A stretch of 6,447 nt of DNA from the IMG/VR virus record IMGVR_UViG_2690316121_000004, positions 1-6,447 of that record; one strand, given 5' to 3'. This DNA comes from a virus. Lineage: Duplodnaviria > Heunggongvirae > Uroviricota > Caudoviricetes. Below the pieces are notes generated by a model. It was not told the origin of the DNA. It searched no databases and saw nothing but the letters and a program-made list of their open reading frames with translations. The position numbers and the translations under genes are program-made. Shown in pieces: positions 1 through 5,642 of the stretch (the stretch's first letter is position 1; each line of letters starts with the position of its first letter).

Positions 1-55
1 TACATAACGAAAAACGCCTCGAGTGAAGCGTAATTGGTATGCGGTAACGCCGCGC

Positions 56-424
56 TCAGGCGGCCTTGATAGTCATATCATCTGAATCAAATATTCCTGA
101 TGTATCGATATCGGTAATTCTTATTCCTTCACTACCATCCATTGGAGGCCATCCTTCCTGACCATTTCCATCATTCCAGTCGAACTCACACACAACACCA
201 TATGCATTTAAGTCGCTTGAAATTGCTATAAGCAGAGCATGTTGCGCCAGCATGATTAATACAGCATTTAATACAGAGCCGTGTTTATTGAGTCGGTATT
301 CAGAGTCTGACCAGAAATTATTAATCTGGTGAAGTTTTTCCTCTGTCATTACGTCATGGTCAATTTCAATTTCTATTGATGCTTTCCAGTCGTAATCAAT
401 GATGTATTTTTTGATGTTTGACAT
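56..424 (-). CDS. ea10: Ea10-like early protein (122 aa), in the position and of the length of lambda ea10
   Basis: Intact 369-nt ORF including stop. Lies downstream of ral on the leftward (pL) transcript, as ea10 does in lambda, and has the same length. Sequence identity to lambda Ea10 is not verified from memory; the call rests on synteny and length. Confidence 0.6.
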   Translation of the reverse strand: MSNIKKYIIDYDWKASIEIEIDHDVMTEEKLHQINNFWSDSEYRLNKHGSVLNAVLIMLAQHALLIAISSDLNAYGVVCEFDWNDGNGQEGWPPMDGSEGIRITDIDTSGIFDSDDMTIKAA

Positions 425-584
425 CTATTCATATCCTCATAGATAAAAATCGCCCTCACATTAGAGGGCAAAGAAGATTTCCAATAATCAGAACAAGTCG
501 GCTCCTGTTTAGTTACGAGCGACATTGCTCCGTGTATTCACTCGTTGGAATGAATACACAGTGCAGTGTTTATTCTGTTGTTTA

Positions 585-614
585 TGCCAAAAATAAAGGC
601 CGACTATGCGGCCT
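585..614 (-). terminator. Rho-independent terminator downstream of the 149-aa gene
   Basis: On the minus strand, a stem AGGCCG / CGGCCT (597..602 and 609..614) with a 6-nt loop is followed by TTTATTTTT. It begins 5 nt after the stop codon at 619..621. Confidence 0.6.
586..601. repeat. 16-bp direct repeat GCCAAAAATAAAGGCC, copy 1 (flanks the inserted gene)
   Basis: Exact 16-bp match to 1107..1122, read directly from the sequence. Confidence 0.9.
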
Positions 615-618
615 GAAA

Positions 619-1068
619 TTACTTAACCAATGATGCTGCATATTCGATAAGGTAAAGCTTTGGGGCCAGCCAAATTTTTAACCAAGTCATATTGGTTACT
701 ACAGCAATAATAAAACTTACCCACAGAACAAAAACTGCTGCTAATGGTAAGATTAGAAAACTAATCTCACCGTTACTTTCCCAAATCATAGTCGGTTTGT
801 ATTTAGGCTTTCCCTTCTCCCATGCCCATCCTTCATCATCGAACTTACCAATTTCAACTTTTTGGTACTGTTTCTTCATAAACCAGAAAACCAACGGGAT
901 TGTTAAAATGGCTATTAATGTTTTAATCAGACTGTCAACCATATTCCATAGCAGCAACTGATGAACAACATCAGGAATCTGTGCCTGGCTAAATGAGACA
1001 GCCGCGTCTATTCCATTACTGGCTTTTTGCAATAGTTCTACGAGAATCTTGTTTGCTTGTTCTTCCAT
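619..1068 (-). CDS. Hypothetical 149-aa membrane protein with two predicted transmembrane helices; accessory (moron) gene inserted between ea10 and ral
   Basis: Intact ORF with ATG at 1068 preceded by AAGGTGA. Two long hydrophobic segments (LIKTLIAILTIPLVFWFM and ISFLILPLAAVFVLWVSFIIAVV). Has its own terminator and is flanked by 16-bp direct repeats. Looks AT-rich by eye. No homolog recognised. Confidence 0.7.
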   Translation of the reverse strand: MEEQANKILVELLQKASNGIDAAVSFSQAQIPDVVHQLLLWNMVDSLIKTLIAILTIPLVFWFMKKQYQKVEIGKFDDEGWAWEKGKPKYKPTMIWESNGEISFLILPLAAVFVLWVSFIIAVVTNMTWLKIWLAPKLYLIEYAASLVK

Positions 1069-1106
1069 ATATCACCTTGATTGTAATAAGCATGAAATTA
1101 TTTACG

Positions 1107-1122
1107 GCCAAAAATAAAGGCC
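1107..1122. repeat. 16-bp direct repeat GCCAAAAATAAAGGCC, copy 2
   Basis: Exact match to 586..601. Lies between the ral stop and the start of the 149-aa gene. Confidence 0.9.
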
Positions 1123-1126
1123 ACCA

Positions 1127-1224
1127 TCAGGCAGCCTTGTTGTTCTGTTTACCAAATTCTCTGGCAATCATTGCCGTCGTTCGTATTGCCCACACCATTG
1201 ATTTTTATCAATGGTCGTAGTCAT
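1127..1224 (-). pseudogene. ral: ral (restriction alleviation) remnant with an internal out-of-frame deletion
   Basis: From the ATG at 1224 the minus strand reads MTTTIDKNQWCGQ, matching the lambda Ral N-terminus, then YERRQ and a stop at 1168..1170. A different frame reads WAIRTTAMIAREFGKQNNKAA with a stop at 1127..1129, matching the lambda Ral C-terminus. The roughly 30 central codons are missing. The junction sits at GTGGGCAAT (1185..1193). Confidence 0.6.
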
Positions 1225-1294
1225 ACGGATAGTCCTGGTATTGTTCCATCACATCCTGAGGATGCTCTTCGAACTCTTCAAATTCTTCTTCCAT
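1208..1294 (-). CDS. 28-aa hyperacidic peptide (MEEEFEEFEEHPQDVMEQYQDYPYDYDH), positional equivalent of lambda orf28
   Basis: ATG at 1294 preceded by GAGGTGAGAT. It overlaps the ral start by 17 nt, the same arrangement as orf28/ral in lambda. It is too short to appear in the supplied ORF track. Confidence 0.5.
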   Translation of the reverse strand: MEEEFEEFEEHPQDVMEQYQDYPYDYDH

Positions 1295-1352
1295 ATCTCA
1301 CCTCAAATAAGTGGTTTGCTGCCTAATTTCATTTTCTGGCGATCAACACAAG

Positions 1353-1736
1353 TCATCTTGCTGTCAGTTGTTTGGATTTCCGGTAGCCTGCCGCGTAAAG
1401 AGCTACATTTGGAAGACATACACCAGTTTCTGGTTGCTTATGTCCAAACTCATTCGCGTACACAATGGCCGCTCGCTCCAGATTGCGTCTGTATTCTTCC
1501 TGCTGCCAGATCACGTCCTGTGCCATGAACTTAATTGGCTTAGCGTCTTCTATGCGCTTAGGCGTTTCGTGAGTACCTTTAGCCTGAATCTGCGCTCTGC
1601 TTAGAGTAGGGCGGCGTAATACTTCTGAACTTATTGCTTCTTCGCAGGCCAGTACGCCGTTAGCTAATGCCTTTGCCTTTAAACGCTCACGACGACGAGA
1701 ACGTGAATTGCCTTTGAACTGAGTTCTGCGTGTCAT
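1353..1736 (-). CDS. N: N-family transcription antiterminator of the P22 gene 24 type (127 aa)
   Basis: Start ATG at 1736 with AGGAGG 6 nt upstream. Arginine-rich motif near the N-terminus (FKGNSRSRRRERLKAKA). C-terminus LPNVALYAAGYRKSKQLTAR closely resembles the P22 gp24 C-terminus. First gene downstream of pL and nutL. Confidence 0.8.
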   Translation of the reverse strand: MTRRTQFKGNSRSRRRERLKAKALANGVLACEEAISSEVLRRPTLSRAQIQAKGTHETPKRIEDAKPIKFMAQDVIWQQEEYRRNLERAAIVYANEFGHKQPETGVCLPNVALYAAGYRKSKQLTAR

Positions 1737-1865
1737 GTGGAACCTCCTGATGAACTTTGGCGGTGAATACAGCCGGGCGACTAACTCCGGTCGCGTAATC
1801 ATTGCAAAGCGCCTCCGCCGAGAAGGTTAGCTTCTGCATTCACCCCAAAGTTCACTTTGGTTATT

Positions 1866-1880
1866 GCGCTTTGTCAGCGC
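1866..1880 (-). promoter_or_regulatory. nutL boxB RNA hairpin (P22 type)
   Basis: The transcribed (minus) strand reads GCGCTGACAAAGCGC: a 4-bp GC stem with loop TGACAAA, identical to the P22 boxB-left as I recall it. It lies in the pL leader upstream of N. No convincing boxA was found. Confidence 0.7.
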
Positions 1881-1948
1881 CGTAGATTCATATTCGAATC
1901 GTTGTATATTCACCGCCCTGGTGAGTAGTGCGTCCTGCTGATGTGTTT

Positions 1949-1977
1949 AGTATCACCGCTAGTGGTATTTGTGTCAA
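1949..1977 (-). promoter_or_regulatory. pL promoter (-35 TTGACA at 1972..1977, -10 GATACT at 1949..1954, minus strand)
   Basis: Canonical lambda pL hexamers with 17-bp spacing, overlapping OL1 and OL2. Confidence 0.8.
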
Positions 1978-2011
1978 CACCGCTAGAGATAATTCATCAC
2001 CGCAGATGGTT
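1951..2011. promoter_or_regulatory. OL operators: OL1 1951..1967, OL2 1975..1991, OL3 1995..2011
   Basis: Three 17-bp lambda-type repressor sites: TATCACCGCTAGTGGTA, CAACACCGCTAGAGATA, CATCACCGCAGATGGTT. Confidence 0.85.
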
Positions 2012-2157
2012 ATCTGTATGTTTTTTATATGAATTTATTTTTTGAATTGGGGTATTGCTTTGGAGGGCGAGAGATCTGAATTGCGATGTTTAGTGAGTTG
2101 TATCTATTTATTTTTCAATAAATACAATTGGTTATGTGTTTTGGGGGCGATCGTGAG

Positions 2158-2185
2158 GCAAAGAAAACCCGGCGCTGAGGCCGGG
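2158..2185 (-). terminator. Rho-independent terminator ending the cI-operon transcript (lambda timm equivalent)
   Basis: On the minus strand, stem CCCGGC / GCCGGG with a 6-nt loop is followed by TTTTCTTTG. It starts 7 nt after the stop of the 332-aa ORF. Confidence 0.7.
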
Positions 2186-2192
2186 ATGAGGA

Positions 2193-3191
2193 TTATGTTA
2201 TCTCTTTGACATAAAGTATTATCGCGGACTTTATTTCACCATCTAGTTCTTTTGCGTTGATTGACAAATGAACTGGTTTTCTATCCCACTCAGCTTGCTG
2301 AAGAGCTTTTTTATGCTCGGATGCGTCGAGAAAAACATCTTGTACTATGCACGATATTCTTAGATCGGAGTCAACATTTCTCACTTGCACTTTGAAGCTC
2401 TCTGGATCAGTGGAGTCAACCTTTTCAATGCGATAATTTCCATCAAGGCGGATCTCCATTGATTTCCGCCTTGCATTTGTAGTGAGGGTTTTGGATAGAT
2501 CTGCATCCAATACAACGCCATCAATCTGAGCTGTATCAGCCTTGACAAATGATTTAACTATGTCGGTTTTTGCGTCATGAGCAAGTCTTTCCATGTTGTC
2601 TAGCTTGGGTTTTTCGCTAATAATCTGAGTCAATAATTCACTTCGTTTTGTTTCCTGCTCAGACATGAAGCGCATGGTCGCAAGGTGTTCACGCTCAGAC
2701 TCGCTTTTTACTTCTGCCATGCGAATCTCTTTGCGGTCTTCTAGATATTTTTTGAATAGGACGACGCCGCCCCATATAAGAGCGACCCCTAAAACTGTAA
2801 TAACGATCTCTTGAGGGCCCACTTTACTCACCGCAGTTTGTATAACCTCACCCATGAACCCATCCATATTAACTTCTATCAAGGACGAGCCATTCTCAAC
2901 ATTCACCTGAATTTCGATAGCTTCCTTCTCTTCTTTTGAAAGCTTTCTTGGGTCAGGAACTCCGTACTTTAACAATGCATAAGCTCGGTTTATTTGGGCC
3001 TGCATTTCAACAAAACCCTTCATCACAGAAGGAGTCAAACTGCCATGAAATTTGTCACCAGTAAGACGGAAGGTTAAGTTAGGCCACCCTTCAAATGATA
3101 TTCCATCAGGAAGATCTTGCCCAGCGATGTACATCTCAACAAAACGCAAAGCATCTTCTTCGGAATGAATAACCGCCGTGCTGATTTCCAA
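2193..3191 (-). CDS. Hypothetical 332-aa single-pass membrane protein in the rexA-rexB slot; candidate phage exclusion / abortive-infection determinant
   Basis: Intact ORF directly downstream of cI on the same strand. The first in-frame start is TTG at 3191 with GAGG 7 nt upstream; the first ATG is at 3134 (residue 20) and has no Shine-Dalgarno. One strongly hydrophobic segment (IVITVLGVALIWGGVVLF, about residues 130-147) is followed by KKYLEDRKEIR and a long charged region. Not similar to RexA or RexB as I recall them. Confidence 0.8.
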   Translation of the reverse strand: MEISTAVIHSEEDALRFVEMYIAGQDLPDGISFEGWPNLTFRLTGDKFHGSLTPSVMKGFVEMQAQINRAYALLKYGVPDPRKLSKEEKEAIEIQVNVENGSSLIEVNMDGFMGEVIQTAVSKVGPQEIVITVLGVALIWGGVVLFKKYLEDRKEIRMAEVKSESEREHLATMRFMSEQETKRSELLTQIISEKPKLDNMERLAHDAKTDIVKSFVKADTAQIDGVVLDADLSKTLTTNARRKSMEIRLDGNYRIEKVDSTDPESFKVQVRNVDSDLRISCIVQDVFLDASEHKKALQQAEWDRKPVHLSINAKELDGEIKSAIILYVKEIT

Positions 3192-3261
3192 GACTAAACC
3201 TCTATAATTATTAATAATTTCAAATGATTGCTGTTTTTATTAGGAGACATTTAGCCCTTCA

Positions 3262-3978
<717 letters not shown>

Positions 3979-3981
3979 TTA

Positions 3982-4010
3982 AATCTATCACCGCAAGGGA
4001 TAAACATCTA
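3982..4010 (-). promoter_or_regulatory. pRM promoter (-10 TAGATT at 3982..3987, -35 TAGATG at 4005..4010, minus strand)
   Basis: Lambda pRM architecture overlapping OR3 and OR2. The -35 reads TAGATG where lambda has TAGATA. Confidence 0.75.
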
Positions 4011-4049
4011 ACACCGTGCGTGTTGACTATTTTACCTCTAGCGGTGATA
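3986..4049. promoter_or_regulatory. OR operators: OR3 3986..4002, OR2 4009..4025, OR1 4033..4049
   Basis: TATCACCGCAAGGGATA, TAACACCGTGCGTGTTG, TACCTCTAGCGGTGATA. Lambda-type tripartite operator between divergent cI and cro. Confidence 0.9.
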
Positions 4050-4051
4050 AT
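4022..4051 (+). promoter_or_regulatory. pR promoter (-35 TTGACT at 4022..4027, -10 GATAAT at 4046..4051)
   Basis: Canonical lambda pR hexamers with 18-bp spacing. The cro Shine-Dalgarno (TAAGGAGG) and ATG follow. Confidence 0.85.
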
Positions 4052-4075
4052 GATTACCTGTACTAAGGAGGTTGT

Positions 4076-4276
4076 ATGGAACAACGCATAACCCTGAAAG
4101 ATTATGCAATACGCTTTGGGCAAACCAAGACGGCTAAAGATCTCGGTGTATATCAAAGCGCGATTAACAAGGCCATTCATGCAGGCCGAAAGATTTTTTT
4201 AACTATAAACGCTGATGGAAGCGTTTATGCGGAAGAAATAAAGCCCTTCCCAAGTAACAAAAAAACAACTGCATAA
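4076..4276 (+). CDS. cro: Cro repressor, lambda type (66 aa)
   Basis: Matches lambda Cro over all 66 residues except about 2 conservative changes (M12I, V55I from memory). Strong Shine-Dalgarno upstream. Confidence 0.95.
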   Translation: MEQRITLKDYAIRFGQTKTAKDLGVYQSAINKAIHAGRKIFLTINADGSVYAEEIKPFPSNKKTTA

Positions 4277-4314
4277 GTAACACCGCTATTTTCACAATGG
4301 ACATTCGTCCTACG

Positions 4315-4329
4315 TCGCTGACAAAGCGA
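4315..4329 (+). promoter_or_regulatory. nutR boxB hairpin (TCGCTGACAAAGCGA), with a possible boxA-like CGCTATTTT at 4284..4292
   Basis: 4-bp stem with loop TGACAAA, the same loop as nutL boxB, located just downstream of cro. The boxA call is weak: one or two mismatches to CGCTCTTTA and a longer spacer than in lambda. Confidence 0.6.
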
Positions 4330-4403
4330 GTCCCAATATATCTGACCAACTAAGGCCATATGCGTTTCCACGCATACCTTTCAACTAACTATTCACTATT
4401 GGA

Positions 4404-4437
4404 AATCTTAAGAAATGGAACAAACAAATTACAGCAA
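4404..4437 (-). promoter_or_regulatory. pRE-like CII-dependent promoter (TTGC-N6-TTGT site at 4424..4437, -10 AAGATT at 4404..4409, minus strand)
   Basis: On the minus strand: TTGCTGTAATTTGT, then 14 nt, then AAGATT. This mirrors lambda pRE (TTGC-N6-TTGC, 13 nt, AAGTAT) and overlaps the cII start codon as in lambda. Confidence 0.5.
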
Positions 4438-4711
4438 ACTATCACAGCGCGACGTTGATCGCGCAGAAACAGATTTACTTATCAACCTGTCAACGCTTAC
4501 TCAGCGCGGTCTGGCAAAGATGATTGGCTGTCATGAATCGAAGATAAGCAGAACAGACTGGAGGTTTATAGCTTCGGTCTTGTGTGCTTTTGGCATGGCA
4601 TCAGACATCAGTCCGATTAGCAGAGCTTTTAAGTATGCGCTTGATGAAATCACCAATAAAAAACGCCCGGCGGCAACCGAGCGTTCTGAACAAATCCAGA
4701 TGGAATTCTGA
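4415..4711 (+). CDS. cII: CII transcriptional activator, chimeric (98 aa)
   Basis: The C-terminal 19 residues (TNKKRPAATERSEQIQMEF) are identical to lambda CII. The N-terminal 79 residues are divergent but alignable, including the helix-turn-helix region. Confidence 0.85.
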   Translation: MEQTNYSKLSQRDVDRAETDLLINLSTLTQRGLAKMIGCHESKISRTDWRFIASVLCAFGMASDISPISRAFKYALDEITNKKRPAATERSEQIQMEF

Positions 4712-4734
4712 GGTCATTACTGGATCTATCAACA
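4655..4734 (-). ncRNA. oop: oop antisense RNA with its intrinsic terminator
   Basis: The minus strand reads GTTGATAGATCCAGTAATGACCTCAGAATTCCATCTGGATTTGTTCAGAACGCTCGGTTGCCGCCGGGCGTTTTTTATT, matching lambda oop as recalled. A promoter-like pair lies upstream on the minus strand (-10 CATAAT near 4741..4746, -35 TTGAGT near 4764..4769). Confidence 0.8.
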
Positions 4735-4743
4735 GGAGTCATT

Positions 4744-5642
4744 ATGACAAATACAGCAAAAATACTCAACTTCGGCAGAGGTAACTTTGCCGGACAGGAG
4801 CGTAATGTGGCAGATCTCGATGATGGTTACGCCAGACTATCAAATATGCTGCTTGAGGCTTATTCAGGCGCAGATCTGACCAAGCGACAGTTTAAAGTGC
4901 TGCTTGCCATTCTGCGTAAAACCTATGGGTGGAATAAACCAATGGACAGAATCACCGATTCTCAACTTAGTGAGATTACAAAGTTACCTGTCAAACGGTG
5001 CAATGAAGCCAAGTTAGAACTCGTCAGAATGAATATTATCAAGCAGCAAGGCGGCATGTTTGGACCAAATAAAAACATCTCAGAATGGTGTATCCCTCAA
5101 AACGAGGGAAAATCCCCTAAAACGAGGGATAAAACATCCCTCAAATTGGGGGATTGCTATCCCTCAAAACAGGGGGACACAAAAGACACTATTACAAAAG
5201 AAAAAAGAAAAGATTATTCGTCCGAGAATTCTGGCGAATCCTCTGACCAGCCAGAAAACGATCTTTCTGTGGTTAAACCGGATGCTGCAATTCAGAGCGG
5301 CAGCAAGTGGGGGACAGCAGAAGACCTGACCGCCGCAGAGTGGATGTTTGACATGGTGAAGACCATCCGCCATCAGCCAGAAAACCGAATTTTGCTGGGT
5401 GGGCTAACGATATCCGCCTGATGCGTGAACGTGACGGACGTAACCACCGAGACATGTGTGTACTGTTCCGCTGGGCATGCCAGGACAACTTCTGGTCCGG
5501 TAACGTGCTGAGTCCGGCCAAACTCCGCGACAAGTGGACCCAGCTCGAAATCAACCGAAACAAGCAACAGGCTGGCGTGACAGCCGGCAAACCAAAACTC
5601 GACCTGACGAACACTGACTGGATTTACGGGGTGGAGCTATGA
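4744..5642 (+). pseudogene. O: O replication initiator, frameshifted (N-terminal 225 codons in one frame, C-terminal 73 codons in another)
   Basis: The ORF 4744..5421 matches the lambda O N-terminal domain; the ORF ending at 5642 matches the lambda O C-terminus and overlaps the P start (ATGA) as in lambda. The span is 899 nt, not a multiple of 3. The frames switch at about 5364..5372 (ATCCGCCATCAGCC here; lambda has ATCGCACCATCAGCC as recalled). Confidence 0.85.
5092..5216. other. ori-lambda: four iterons (about 5092..5111, 5112..5131, 5134..5156, 5159..5178) plus an AT-rich unwinding region (5179..5216)
   Basis: Four repeats of ATCCCTCAAAACGAGGGA-like sequence, followed by CACAAAAGACACTATTACAAAAGAAAAAAGAAAAGATTATTCG, inside the O coding region. 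Confidence 0.9.

Noticed and set aside
1-55. Possible start of cIII at the extreme left edge
   Set aside because: Only about 55 nt are available; a minus-strand ATG at 3..5 cannot be evaluated without sequence beyond the window.
418-1604. Plus-strand ORFs 418..633, 692..961, 993..1220, 1211..1528 and 1311..1604
   Set aside because: All are antisense to better-supported minus-strand genes (ea10, the 149-aa gene, ral/orf28, N), lack Shine-Dalgarno sequences, and have low-complexity translations typical of shadow ORFs in AT-rich DNA.
1353-1802. The longer 149-aa version of the N ORF, starting at 1802
   Set aside because: The upstream 22 codons have no ribosome-binding site, whereas the internal ATG at 1736 has AGGAGG 6 nt upstream and begins at the arginine-rich motif. 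The extension is read-through of the N leader.
1881-1948. A nutL boxA element
   Set aside because: No CGCTCTTTA-like sequence was found on the transcribed strand between pL and boxB; only boxB is supported.
3192-3261. A dedicated sigma-70 promoter for the 332-aa gene in the spacer after cI
   Set aside because: A TTGAAA motif is present but no properly spaced -10 hexamer. Expression is more plausibly by read-through from pRM/pRE, as for rexAB.
4584-4784. 66-aa ORF overlapping the cII 3' end and O start
   Set aside because: Out of frame with both cII and O; the region is covered by cII, the oop RNA and O.
5092-5178. Tandem repeats that might be read as a CRISPR array
   Set aside because: They are the four roughly 19-bp iterons of ori-lambda inside O, directly adjacent with no spacers, followed by the AT-rich unwinding element.
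5421-5642. The 73-aa ORF as an independent gene
   Set aside because: It is the C-terminal portion of O, matching the lambda O C-terminus, separated from the N-terminal part by a frameshift.
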